From assembly GCF_009834535.1 (NCBI RefSeq), contig NC_045704.1:9300001-9364000 (forward strand): 64,000 nucleotides of DNA, read 5' to 3'. Origin of the DNA: Camelus ferus. Lineage: Eukaryota. Positions within the stretch are counted from its first letter, which is position 1. Each line of letters starts with the position of its first letter. The notes beneath the pieces are model-generated. The model did no database searches. It was not told the origin of the DNA and was given only the letters and a program-made list of their open reading frames with translations. Shown here one piece after another: positions 1 to 13,461 of this stretch. The translations under genes were made by a program, and so were the position numbers.

Positions 1-126
1 TGATGATGTCACTTTAAGTTGATCACCTCTCTAAGGACCCTATCTCTAAATACAGTCACATTCTGAAGTACTAGGGGTTAAAACTTCAACATAGGAATTT
101 TAGGAGGGCACAATTCATCCCACAGG
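1..126. mobile_element. MLT1-type (ERVL-MaLR) LTR end
   Basis: aaggaccctatctctaaatacagtcacattctgaagtactaggggttaaaacttcaacata is a typical MLT1 terminus. Confidence 0.65.
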
Positions 127-485
127 AGTTTGCGAGATCCATCTGTCATGTTAATTGAGGGGGCAGGAATGCTGGGGAGGGGGGAGCCGTGCAGTGGCTG
201 ATGTAGTCATCCAGGTGGGAGAGGCTGGAGACTTCAACCAGTGGTTGGTGGAGATGCAGATTTACAGCTGTTTAAAACAGGAAGCAGAATCCACGTTGCT
301 GATGCACTGCTATTCCATAGTTCATGCCTTTGTGTGAGAATTCTTTTAAAGGCACCCCTTCCTTAAGACATTTTATACTTTTATATGTTGGAATATGGTC
401 AGTAATAAATCTAAATCTCAAAAATGTGCACAGTGCTGGACTAGTCCAGTGCACAAACTCCATGCTGTTCAGAGCTTCCTGATGA

Positions 486-1100
<615 letters not shown>

Positions 1101-1239
1101 CATTCAATCAAGGAAGGCCTTGCTCTCTCCCTACTCTGCTTCTCACTCTTTCTTCCCAGCCCCACCTCTTCGGTGACTATCCCTCCAGTTCCGTCTTACC
1201 CTGGTTCATCTCTGCCTAGTGCTGGTCTCTTCTTATTCC

Positions 1240-1740
1240 CCAAAATTTGCTGAGCACCTGTTACGTGCCAGGCCTGGGTCTAGGTGCTGAGGATTCAGCA
1301 GTGAATAAAAACAGACAAGATCTCTGCCCTCTCGGAGTTCACATTTGGAATGGGGGAGGGAAAATTGGCGGGGGGCGGGCAATAGAAAATAAATGACTAC
1401 ATCCATACGTTTTTTAAACACAAGATAAATTTCTAATTTCAGATTGTAATTAGTGTTGTGAAGAAAATAAAACAGCGACCTGATCGAGTGACTATTTGAT
1501 GAAGGGTGGTCTGGGAAGGCCTTGAATGATAAGGAGCTGGCCCTGGGAAGGTCTGGGGTTCTAGACGGCGGGACCATCATGTGCAAAGGCCCTGAGGTGG
1601 GCTGTTGGGGGAACAGCAAAGAAGGCCAGTGTGGCTGGAGTGGAGTGAGCCGGGAAAGAGTGGTAAGAGGTGAGGACGCAAGGTTGACAAGGCAGAACAT
1701 GAATTGGGAGTAGTGTGGATTTTATTCCAAGACTGATGGG
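1240..1740. mobile_element. L2 relic
   Basis: tgagcacctgttacgtgccaggc...gtgaataaaaacagacaagatctctgccctc...tgcaaaggccctgagg are typical L2 motifs. Similar relics lie near 7430-8350, 17200-17720, 18900-19600, 32210-33260, 33640-34050 and 36600-37400. Confidence 0.6.
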
Positions 1741-2139
1741 AAATTCTCTCTCCATCTCTCTCTCAACCCCATTTCCAAGCACAGTCTAAATACTGCAAAC
1801 ATCACACTGGGGGGGCAGGTGCTGTAAGATGGGGAAACTGAGGCTGCACAGAGAACTAACGGGCGCAGACAGGGAGGGACTTAAGCTCGTAGCTTCTTCG
1901 CACTTTTAACACTTTCCCGGAAAATGCTTGGGTCTCTTTGTAAGTTTCTGTCTAAAGACTGAAGGGCCAGGGTTCGAATCCTAGACCTGCCCCTGCCCTG
2001 GGCACGGTCCCTTCCTTCCTCCCTCTCTCCCGGCCCCAACAGTCCAACTTTACAGCTGGTCAGATGGCAACGCACTCACCCAGCTCGAGTCCGCATTCTC
2101 CGTACACACAGTGCCACTCCTCCCTAGGCCCGCCTCTCA

Positions 2140-2650
2140 CGCCTCTCACGACTTTCCATTGGCCGGACACGCTCTTTCCCCGCCGCGCCACCGGCGGATC
2201 AATAATGCTCTCAGGACATTCAGTGGGGCCCACACATCCCCTCCAACAAGGCTGAAGTAGCGACGCTTGAGGATTGGCTGGGAGAGGGGGCTGAACAGAG
2301 CGAGGCGAGTGCCTATTGGGCGGCTCGGCCTGGGTGGGCGGGACGCAGACGGAGCTGGGCGGAGGCGGGGCAAGTTTCGATTCGGTGCGAAGCGGTAACC
2401 CGGCCTGGGAACCCCGAGGGAGGACCGGAGCCGCTGAAGTCCCGGCTGCGAGAGGTGAGTGACTCCAGGCCTCACCTACGGAGGGCGGGCCCGGCTCGAT
2501 CCCGGCGCCTTCGGTGTGAGGCCCCTCCCGCGCTGCCTGGGACCGACCTCCCCCCAGGCTGGTGGGGAAACTGCCAGGACTTCCCCGGCCGCGGCCAACC
2601 CCCGGGTCACTTCCGCCCGCTCTGCTAAGTTTCCGCATCATCCCTGCGTG
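2140..2650 (+). promoter_or_regulatory. ISOC2: ISOC2 CpG-island promoter and non-coding exon 1 (ends 2454)
   Basis: CpG-dense, with inverted CCAAT boxes (ATTGG near 2158, 2274, 2315), GC boxes and an ETS-like cacttccg near 2609. Donor gag|GTGAGT at 2455. Confidence 0.7.
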
Positions 2651-4851
2651 GTGGGTCGGTTTGACCCCAAGGAGGGAACTGAGGCTCAAACAGAGCCTGA
2701 AACTTGCCCAAGGTCACACAGCTAGTCTTGGCTGCAGAACCGGATTCCTCAGGCCACGTGGGGATCTAAACAGCCCCATTCGCTCCTCAGGTTGCCGCCC
2801 ACCTCGGGCCGCCCCTCCCCCTCCGGCCTTGGGCTCCCTCCACTCAGAGGTGCGTTCTGGTTTCTCATCACTCCCCGAGAGAACCCCTAGTTCTGTCTCC
2901 AGCCCAGACCCCCTGCTCACATTCACACCCCCCCCCAAATTTTTCAATCTATCCCTAAAGTCAATTCCCCTCTCCAGGTCCCCAAATAGTCCCTGGGAAT
3001 TGCCACCCTCGGACCAAACGAAAACCTAAGGATCTTCCTTCTTCCTCCTTCCCCCACAGCCAGGCCCATCTGCCCCCTGAAGCTCCCTTTCCTGCCCTTC
3101 TCTGTCCTCTCTGCCTAAACTGGAGCCCAGGCCTCACCCTTGACCACCTGGATCCCAGCCCCCACTTTCTCCCTGGCCTCCACCTCCAGTCCAGCCCCAT
3201 GGCGGCCAGCGAGTCTTCCCCATTTTATACCTTGAAAACTTTTTATGGAGGTATATATATAGCACAGACATAGGAAAACATACAAACCACGGGTACAGAG
3301 CTCAAGTAACTTCACAAAGAGAACGCTCTGGTGTGAGCAGCATCCATCCAGAGGTTGAACATCCCCCACACCCCAGATGCCTGCCTTGTACCTCCTTCCT
3401 CACTGCCCCCCATGGGTAACCATTATCATAACTTTAACTCCACAGATTGGTTTTGATAGGTTCTCACCTTATGTAAATCTTTTTTTCTTGTATTTATTCC
3501 TGACTAGACAACTTGTTACACATTGTCCAAAATTGTGAGTTGCACACAGTGAAAATCAAATGTCCTTTACACTCTGCCCCTCAGAGGCCTGTCCTTGCAG
3601 GAAGAGCCTGCTCCTTAAATGGCTTCCAGAGAGAGCAGACATAGACTGGAACTTCTAAGAAACTTTTGTTTTTTGGCACAGATGGGAGCAGTGCTATACA
3701 CACTATGTGCTTTTTCTCCCCTCACTGTTAACATCTCTTGGACACTTTTCCACACTGTTACTTAAAGATCTTCCTTGTGATTTTTCCTGGCTGCAAAGAA
3801 TTCCATAGTGTGGATATACCATAACTTATGTAACCAGTACCTGAAATGTGGATGTTTAGATTTATTTCTAGTCCTCTGCCCTGGGAAGAGTTCCATAATG
3901 AATAACCTTGTTCTGTAATGAATGACTTTGTCCCATAATGAATAACTTTGTGTCACATGTCTGCAGGATAAATACTTAGGAGTGAGTTCCCTGGGTCACA
4001 GGGTTTGTGATTCTGTAATTTTGAGATATGCGGCCATGTGGTTATCCCTAGGGGTTGTTGTAGTCCACACTCCTACCAGCCCATAGGGGAGCTCTTCATT
4101 ACTACAGACACTTGTCACAGGCTCTCCAACATTCCATCCCTCCCCTTCCCCAACCTGACCCTGTCCCTCCTGTCTCCTGAAGAGTTAACACCTTGAAGGG
4201 AGTGAGAAGAGCACTCCAGGTGAAGGGAAGTGCATGGGCAAAGGCCCTGAGGTGGGACTGGGCCATCGAGGCTGGAATGGTCCCCAGAGTCTTGTGGGAG
4301 GAGCTTACACCTTAGTCCTGAGGAAGCCAAGGGGGTGTTAAGGAGAGCTGAGGTGGTGGTGGTGGGGTTAATAGGGTCAGCTTTGGATTTTCAAAGATTT
4401 TATTTAAATTTTAGCTATGTCACACACAGAAAACATTATCAGTGGTAGATGTGTTCAGTTTAAAGAACAATCACAAACATCTTAGGGACTCATCACTCAG
4501 CTTTAAAGCTTGCCAGGAAGGAGTGTCATCTAGTTTGCTCTCTACTGGGTCTGCAGAGTCTCTGTTTCCTAAATAAATTAATAAATAAATGAGTAAGTAT
4601 GCAGAGAGGGAGCTGGAACTTCCATCTGTGCAGCAACTTGGGGACCCAAGGACACAAGACTCCTGGGTACATGAGCTGGGACATGCGAGACTCGAGTCCA
4701 GGGTCCAGATGCTCAGATGCTCTGACAGGGAGGCAGGCATGCCTCTAATCCCTGCAGGATGCAGGACCCCTGGGAGTCAGTGTCCCTCCCTTTAAAAGGG
4801 TTACTGGTCAGGTGGCTCTACCAGCCCCCCTTAATTTTTTTTCTTTCTTTT

Positions 4852-5240
4852 TAAAAAAATTGCAGTAAAATACACATAACCTAAAATTTACCATCTTGAC
4901 CATTTTAAAGTGTAAAATTTAGAGGCATTTAGTATATCCATGATATTGTGTAACCATCACTACTATCTAGTTACAGAATGTTTTCATCTCCCCAAATGGA
5001 AACTCTATACTCCCTTTCAGTTACCCTTCATTACCTCCGCCACCCCTCACCCCGAGGTGGAAGCACCACCAGCCTGCTTCCTGTCCTCATGGACTCAACC
5101 ATTATGGACAGTTCATGTAATGGACTCCTGGGTGGGGTCATTTGTGACTGGGCTGTCTCACCAAGCATCATGGTGAGGTCACCCATGCTATGGCATGTGT
5201 TAGCACTTCGCTCCTTTTCATGGCTGAATAATATTCCATT
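4852..5240 (-). mobile_element. Old L1 (L1M-type) 3' fragment, antisense
   Basis: aaaatacacataacctaaaatttaccatc...catggctgaataatattccattgtatgg is a hallmark L1M 3' end in reverse. Confidence 0.75.
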
Positions 5241-5611
5241 GTATGGGTACACCAGCCTTTCTAAGACCTGGAGGGGAGTTCTGCTCGGTGTGTTTTACAC
5301 AGGGGTAAACTGGTCGCAGAGAAGGCAGTCAGACTGATGGATCCCAGGTCACTGCCACTGCCGCTAGGACAGGAAAGAGGGAGGTGGTGCAGCTGGGGGA
5401 ATGCAGCTCCTGTTGCCTCAGGGCTCACATCCTGCTCCCTTTCACAGGCAGTGGGCCCCTGGGCGGGACACTTCACCACTAAGACCTTGGATTCCCCCTG
5501 GGGAAAGATCACAGTTGAAGCCTAGGGTCTAAATGTGTGGACCCTGGACATGCAGAGAATCGCCCTCCCTGCCTGATCCCACTCCTTCAGCCCCTCTGCC
5601 CACCCCAGGAC

Positions 5612-8512
5612 ATGGCAGCTGTGCGGCCCGGCCTGGGGCGAGTTGTCCCTGGATCATCCATCCTGTTCCTGTGTGACATGCAGGAGAAGTTCCGCCACAC
5701 CGTGTACTTCCCCCAGATCGTCTCTGTGGCTGCCCGCATGCTCAAGGTACAGCCCCCTCCTCCCTCAGACCCAGAGATCCAGACCCCAGACCCTCCTTCC
5801 GCAGACCCAGGGGTCCTGACCCCAGACCCTCCTCCCTCAGACCCAGGGGTCCAGTTCCCCATTCCCTCCTCCCTCAGACCCAGGGATCCAACCCCCAGCC
5901 CCTCCTCCTTCACACCCAGGGATTCAGACCCTCAACCCCTCTTCCCTCAGACCTGGGAGTCCATCCCACAGCCCCTCCTCCCTGCCCCCCAACAGGTGGC
6001 CCGGCTGCTAGGTGTGCCAGCCGTGCTGACTGAACAGTACCCACAAGGCCTGGGCCCCACGGTGCCCGAGCTGGGGGCTGAGGGTCTACAGCCATGGCCC
6101 AAGACCTGCTTCAGCATGGTGCCAGTGGTGCAGCAGGAGCTGGACATGCGGCCCCAGCTGTGTTCTGTGCTCCTCTGTGGCCTGGAAACACAGGCCTGCA
6201 TTTTGGTGAGACACCAACTGAACCGCTGGGATCTCCATTCACACCTGGGACCTCCCCAACCTAAAAAGGATGTCCTTCCTGACCCAGAACCCTCTGTCCT
6301 CCCCTTCCTGACCTATGACTCCCCTCTGGACCTGGGACTTTCACCTTCCTTCAGGACCCCTCTCTTTACCAGTGGCTCCCATCCTTCCTAGGATCATGTT
6401 GTAATCTAGGGACCTCCTGCTGTGATCCAAGCCTCCCTCATCCCCATCCTGGTTCCCCACTCACTCACTCAGGACCCCTGTTCTTGTTTGGGGTCGGCCC
6501 TGACCTCTTTCTGTCCTTAGCACACGGCCCTGGACCTCCTGGACCGGGGTCTGCAGGTCCATGTGGTGGTGGATGCCTGCACCTCCCGCAGGTGAGAGGG
6601 TCCCCCAGAAGGGTGGGGTGCATGTGGGGTGGGTTTGGGGCACCCAGGAAGAACCAGTGGGCAGGATCCCTGCTGAGTTTGCCAGGTGTCTGAGTGTCTA
6701 GATCAAACTGCTGGCATTCTCCCTCCCGCTTGCAGCCAGGTGGACCGGCTGGTGGCACTGTCCCGGATGCGGCAGAGCGGTGCCTTCCTCTCCACCAGTG
6801 AAGGACTCATTCTGCAGCTCGTGGGTGATGCCGCCCACCCCCAGTTCAAGGAGGTACTGACCCCCCTGTTCCCGACACCTCCCTGACCCCCCAGGCAAAG
6901 GGCAGGTATCTTTTTAGCACCCGTAGCATATTTGCAGAATACATCCAGGAACATAGCAGGCTGCCCCCTCCAGTGGCGCTAAGTTCTAGTGGGAGAGACT
7001 GTGGGTCAACATCATAAATCAGTGAAGGGAGCTGTACTACGGCCATGAGGACTGGAGAGAGAGATAAATCAGGGGAGGGGGCAAGGTGTGCAGAGGAGGG
7101 GGTGCCTAGGGTGGTCCAGAGGCCCCCTGGAAGAAGGCAATTTTAGAGCAAGTTGAAGATGAGTGGGAGCCAGGCAGACAGGGGAAAGAACAGTCTAGCA
7201 GGGGCCCTGCAGATGGGAGCCCTTGACCCCTACCCACCCAACCCCTCCAATCTGTGGCTATTAGGTCCAGCCTCCACACCCATCACCCACGTGGCCTTCC
7301 TAGTACCCAGGTCTGACCAGGTAGCCTCTGCTGCTTCACACCCTTGGCCCTTCGGGTAATGGGACGTCCTGGAATATCAAATTCCTCTGAGATCCTCTGA
7401 GGTCTGTCCATTCTCATCCTCTTGGTTCAGTTCTGTTGAGCATTTATTGAGCAACTGCTATGTGCCAGCCACTGTGGCAGGTCCAGGGGCAATAGCAAAA
7501 GCATCTGCATTCAATTATACATTGCACCCTGAAGCTGGGGAGGGAATGTGTGGAGTGTGTGAGAAATCAGATGGTGGCTGGCAGCAGGGAGGCACCTCTT
7601 GGAAGGGGTGGAGCAGCCAGTCATCCAAAAAGTGTTCCTAGCAGAGGAAAGAGCTAGGGCAAAGGCCTGGAGGTAGGACTAAACCTGACTTATTCCAGGA
7701 ACCATAGTGAGGCATGGTGAGCCCTGGCTGAGTACAGGAGCGGAGACAGGGAGGAGCCAGAGCAGAGTCTTCCCAAAGACTTTGGTGTGGTGGGGAGGGA
7801 CAGCCATGGGGGTTTTGCGCTGGGGAGATGACCACTGTCTGATCTGTGTTTGGTGCTGGGTGGCCAATGGATATGTAGCAGAAAGGAGGGGAGATCAGGG
7901 TGGAGGCAGAGGGGATACAGGCTTTGCTTATTTTTACTTTTTACTTTCTGGAGGTTACAGGCATGACAGGCATTGTTGATGGGTGCAATATGTGAGAAGG
8001 CAGCCTAGAGGGAGGCTGCAGCTTGAGCACAGATGCTCAAGCTGTCTGCTGATGGGGGTAGGAGTGGGGCGATGACGTTGAGAGGTCAAGTGGCAACTGA
8101 CAGCTAAGAGGCAGTTGGATGAGTGAGCCCAGATTTGAGGGGCAAAGTGCAGGCTGGATTTGAGAGTTGAGGGATAGAAGCAGGTACAGACAAGGAGCCC
8201 CAGGACAGAGCCATTCACCCTTAGTGATCCAAACCAGCAAGGTGGACCAAGAGCTAACCAACCCTGGTGGTTATGGTGAAAGGGAGGCCCCAGGTAAAGT
8301 TTTCAAAGAGGAAGAGATTAGTTTGGCCAGTTGCTGCCAAAGGGCGAGGGAGATGAAAATGGAGAAGTCATGGATCTGTTATGGAGACAGGGACCCCTGA
8401 CTCTTCCTGACTCCCCCTCTTCCCCCTACAGATCCAGAAGATCATCAAGGATCCCACCCCAGACAGCGGGCTGCTGGGCCTCTTCAATGGCCAGAACCCC
8501 CTCTTCCACTGA
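5612..8512 (+). CDS. ISOC2: Isochorismatase domain-containing protein 2 (204 aa)
   Basis: Coding exons 5612-5746, 5996-6205, 6521-6591, 6736-6853, 8432-8512, all GT-AG and phase-consistent. Reads [28 protein letters not shown]...[16 protein letters not shown]...KTCFSM...[16 protein letters not shown]...HPQFKEIQKII...QNPLFH. AATAAA at 8817-8822. Confidence 0.97.
5752..5985 (+). repeat. MSR1-like 36-37 bp minisatellite (~6.5 units) filling ISOC2 intron 2
   Basis: Units of about agcccctcctccctcagacccaggggtccagacccc. Confidence 0.8.
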
Positions 8513-9039
8513 ACTCCCTACCCTGCCTTGAAGGGAGACCACCCTCTTGTCTTTGGGACCTTCGTGGAAGCGCTTTCCCCCATCCTTGGATCCCAAGAGT
8601 GGTGCAGTCCACTGGGAGTACCGCCCCCTCAGGAGGCGAGGCGGGTGCTGCTTCTCTATTGGGCAGCAGCTCCCGGAAATGTAAATAAGGCTCCTGGAAG
8701 CTGGACAGGGGTTGGCTGAGCTGAGCTGGAGGTGGGGCTTGGCTCCGGGCCACTTCAAGGGGCGGGAAGGGGAGGGGGAGGGAGTGTCACAGACTGTGTG
8801 GGACCCGGACTCAGAGAATAAACATTGATGTGACTGTGGACTGAACCATTTTGGGCTTGGGGGGTATCCTGGGGGCGACCTGGGGCTGCAGGCGTGGGGA
8901 AGAGGGGACCCCAGCAGGTGGAGGGGGAGGTGCCTCTTCCCAGCTCCAAGCCCGTGCGAGGCAAAGGCAGCAAGGGCCGGTGACTGTCACGTCTGCACCG
9001 AAGCCGGCACACATCTGCACGGAAAAGAACTGCCGGCCT

Positions 9040-9900
9040 GGGGTCGCCCAACACTGCCGGCCGCCCCCCTATCAGCGCGCGCGCACGCCCAGCCGGGTTG
9101 GCTCGCAGACACGCGCTCGCTCTGCCTCCCCCGGCCGTCCCCCGACGCCGCCGCCACCCCGACTCCCCCAGGGTCCCGCATCCGGAAAGTGAGGTGAGCG
9201 TGACCGCACCCGGTGCGGAGGGGGAAACTGAGGCTCGAGGGACTTAGGGACGGGGAGGAAGGAAGAGACAAGCATGCGGATGAATGGACGAATGGATGGG
9301 AAGGAGAGACAGCTTCATCAGAGTGGTCCCTGCTTCCCTAAGACGCAGAAGCCCGGGGATCCACATGGGGGCTCCCAGAATTCTGCAGCCCCCTTGGAAA
9401 TCTGGGAGTCGGGACTCTATGGACCCTCCTGTCAGAGCCTCTCAGCCCCTTCAGGATCTCAGTCCCCACACCGATCCGCAACGTTGGGGGCTGAGAAAGG
9501 CAATCTCTGATTCCCTCAGGGACCCAGGCGTCAGAGCTCGCAGCCAGACTGCCACCCATCAGAGAATCAGAGCACCCCACCCTGGATCCCATACCCCTCC
9601 CAGAAGGTCAGGTCACCGGACCTCGGCATGAGAGCTCCCAGCAACCCCCCGTCTCTCTGCAGGGACCTAGGAGTCCCAGCCTCACCCCTCCTCCAGGAGC
9701 CCCTGGGAGCGGGCATCGGGGCCCCCGGCCCCCGCCTTCCGGATCCAGGTGTCCCCCCTTCTCACCCCCCAGCCTGAAGCTTCGCGTCTCGGAGGCCGCG
9801 CTCGCGTCGCCATGGCAACAGGAGTCTATTTTGCGCTGAGAACACACAGCTCCCGCCGCAGCGCCCCCCCACCCCGCCCCTCCAACCTCAGCCTGAGTGA
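9040..9900 (+). promoter_or_regulatory. SHISA7: CpG island, probable SHISA7 promoter and non-coding first exon (candidate donor at 9194); RFX X-box at 9806-9819
   Basis: CpG-dense block with a strong donor gag|GTGAGC at 9194 and GTCGCCATGGCAAC at 9806. The SHISA7 ATG exon begins at a splice acceptor (ctccag| 15926), so an upstream exon is implied. Confidence 0.55.
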
Positions 9901-11019
9901 GAGTGGGGGGGCCCAGGGAGGGAGACTGGGGTTCCGGGGTCGGGGGAGACACACTCAGAGGGACAGAGATCTGTAGACAGCAAACCTGGCAAAGAGACAC
10001 ACAGCGATGGAGACATGGAGTCGAAGAGGTAGAGAGAGATGGGGATATGGAGACAGGGTGCAGACACAGATGTAGAGAAAGAGACTGAAGGGGCAGAGGG
10101 AAGGAGGGAATGTTGGCACAGAAAACTGAGACTCAGAAAAGGGGAGAGCGATAGACAGAGACGTCGGGCAGCGACTCAAAGACGCAGAGATGCGATGAGA
10201 CACGTAGAGAGAGAGAGGCAGAGACCGTGACCCGGGCACCTCGTGTTAGAGGTGAGAGGCCCGCAGGCGGGCCGAGGGAGGGGTGGCGAGAGGTGGGGTC
10301 CCGGAAGAAAGGAAGGACTGGGAGGCGCAGAGACTCGCAGAGACAGAGACACAAGAGACAGGAAGGCCTAGGGACTTGGTGGGGGGTCGGGCCGCGGGGA
10401 GTACGTGGGGAGGGTCCACATCTCCCGTTCAGTCCCCGCCTCCCGCCTCCCGGGTGGCAAGTTGGGGGCGGCGCAGGATCCCTCCACCCAGCCTCCCCCA
10501 GCCCAGAACTGGGATCGCCGCCCCCACTTGGACACCTCCCCTTCTCCCTCAGCTTTCCTCCACCTGATGGGTCCGCCTCCTCTTAAACCCAAATCACGCC
10601 TCCTATTGCCCGCTTTCCACAGCCCTACCCCAAACCCACTCTCAACCCTGGATATATTCCTAGAAGACCCTCCCTTTGTACTCGGACCCCGTGCATCGTG
10701 GCCTCTCCCTCTCTACCTAGACACCCGTGCACCATCAGCCGCCACCCCGCCGCCACCTGTGGACCCCTCTCCAGCCCCTCGATGCTTGAGATCTGGGCTT
10801 CTGACTCGGTCTCCTCCCCTCTGCGGGTCTCTGCCTTCCCTCTTTGGTTCTCTCTTTCGCTCCCTCTCTCTCTCCTTCCAACTCTGAACTCCAGTTCTCT
10901 GGGTCTTTGACCCTCCTCTCAGAATTTGTCTCCCTCAATGCTCCCCGACTGCTCTCGCACTGGGTCTCTGCCCTCCCAGGTCTCTGTGCTCTTTTCTTTG
11001 GGTATCTGTACACCCCCCT

Positions 11020-11310
11020 TCTCTCCATCTCTGTCCCTCTCTCCCTGGGTCTCCATCCCTCTCTCCCTGAGTCTCTCTGGATTTCTGTCCCTCTCTCTCT
11101 GGGTCTCTGTCCCCCTCCTTCTGGATCTCTGTCCCCCTCCTTCTGGGTCTCTGTCCCCCTCCCCCTGAGTCTCTGTCCCGCTCTTTCTGGGTCTCTGTTC
11201 CCTCTCTCCTTGGGTCTCTGTCTGTCTCCTTCTGGGTCTCTGTCCCCCTCTCCCTGGGTCTCTGTTCCTCTCCCTGGGTCTCTATCCCCTTCTCTCTGGC
11301 CTGAGTCTCC
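11020..11310 (+). repeat. Pyrimidine-rich ~22-24 bp degenerate tandem repeat
   Basis: Repeated gggtctctgtccccctctccct units. Confidence 0.7.
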
Positions 11311-13461
11311 CTTCCTCCTGGGTCCTGCTGTATCTCTCATTCTTTGCTCCCAGGCATCTCAGAAGGCAGCCCTCAGCCCCACCCCTACCCCCCACTGGCA
11401 GGGTCCAGAGGAGGGTCAGGGATAGGGGTAGAGGTGGGGCACAGTGCTGCTCAGGGGAGCAGGTGGGTAAGGGGGTTCTCCAGGAGCTCAGGGACCCAGC
11501 GGGGCCTAACCTGGGACCCCTCCTCACACTGGTTCCCCTGATCTCTGTACCCACATCTGTATCTTTCAGGTTCTGGGCTGGGCTGGGTGCAGAGCCAGAC
11601 CTCTGGCCCTGAGCAGCTGGGTGTGCATGGTGCGGGAGGGAGGAGATTGGGGTTGGGAGGCCATTTCTCTCCAGCCATGGAGGAGGACAATGCCTTTGGA
11701 TGTGTGAGATCGGGGTTGGGGAAGGGTAGGGGTGGAGTGGGGGCGGGGCTATCTGGGCGTGTCTTGTGGAGGGTCACATGCCTACTCCCAGACTCAACAA
11801 AGCTCAGTTCCCACTGGTGTGTGTGCCCATGGTTGCATGAGGTGGGTTGTGATGTGTGCCATGGCGTGTCCATGTGCAGCCAGCTGGGGTAGGCCCCTGG
11901 CCATGTTCTGGAGTTGTGTGTGGTCCTGGTGTGTCAGGATGTCTAAGATTGTATCTGGGTCTTGTGTACTGTGGGTGGGAATGCCCAAAAAGGCATGATT
12001 GTGTGTCAACATGGAGCTCTGTGCATGTCCATGTATGTGGGGAGGAGGCTCAGGTGTGCCACCAGGATGATATTGGGTGTCATTGTGTGTTGTGTCTGGG
12101 ACACTGTGTGGATGTCCTGTGTTCTGGGTCACTGTGTATACAAGCTCTGTTGTGTGTCTGTGCAGAGTTTTGTGTGAGATAAAGGAAGAACTGATGCCCT
12201 GTATCCTTGTGTCTGGATCAGCAACTATGTCAAGAGGTATGGGGCAGGGGCAGGAGGCTATGGGATCCCCAATGGTAGAGGAGCCATGTGTGTGTGTGTG
12301 TGTGTGTGCTGTGTCTGGGTGTGTTGCTGGGTCTGAGGGGATGTATACCACTTCTCCACCTGCTTCACTCCCCGGAGTTGTCAATGGCCTGGAGCTGTGT
12401 CTCCCTGGGCATGCACATTTGTGTGCAGTTGGAAGAGATATTGGGACTCTGTTGGCCAAGGGAGAAATTGTGCTGTGCTGAAGGCTTGGCACAGCATGGG
12501 AACTGAGCAGGCAAACTGCTAGCCCCTGTGGGGCAGACGACACAAAGGCTCTCCTGGCCCAAGGCAGCTCCCCAGCATCTATGATTTAGCAGGCAGACGG
12601 TACCCTTGTGTATGTTTCAAAAGCGTGCCCCTTCCTGCAGATGGATGCAGCCCCACCAGCATGCCTTAGGAAGGAGAGCCCAGCTGAATTCCAGCCTCTT
12701 AGCCAGACCCCTTTGTGCAGTGCACAACCTGCCCAACCATATGTAGCAGCCCTCAATGAATGAAAGAATCCATATCACCACGTGCATGTGTCACTCTGGG
12801 AAGAGGTGTGTCCATGTGCTTGTCAGCTCATGTTTCTCTGTGTGGGATAAAGGCACCCATGTCTATGAGTGGTGCCCTGAAGCCTGAGTTCAGAGCCCAG
12901 CTCTATTGCACTGAGGGGCTCAGACAAATAATGGGACCTCTTGGAACCTTAGCATCCTCATCTGAAGTGTGTGTGTGTGTGTGGAAGAGAGAGAAGATCA
13001 ACCTCTCACACTTCTTTCAACATTCATCCATGCAACAAACACTTACAGAGCACGTACTATTTTTGTCTAAAAATCTCTGATTTGTGGAGTTTACAATCTA
13101 GTGGGGAAGACATGTAATGTGGCCAGTTGAGATGGGAGCTGTGAAAAAGTGGGAAGTGTCTGGGGGGCCATTTAGACAGGGCAGGGGAGGCTCGTGGAGA
13201 TGACACGTGAGGGACATCTGAGGAAGGGAAGGGCATAGCCAGACCAGCATCTGCAGGAGGGGGTCCCAGGCAAAGGGGGCAGCAAATGCAAAGGCTGGAA
13301 GCTGGGAGCCTCTTGGGCACAGGGCCTAGGAGGGCACGAAGGAACAAGAAGTTGGGAGAAGGGTCTGGGTTTCATTCTCATGTGACAGGAAGCCAGTGGG
13401 TGGTCTGAACAGGGGAGTAGTGACATCAACTGACATATGTAAGTGGTGTTTTGAAATCTCT

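Noticed and set aside
5690-5715. ISOC2 one residue shorter than human near FRHTVYFPQ
   Set aside because: In-frame, and I recall the bovine protein is also 204 aa, so it is probably a shared artiodactyl trait.
10735-11425. Repetitive ORFs (GDRDPEG.../SLSLGLC...)
   Set aside because: Translations of the 22-24 bp tandem repeat.
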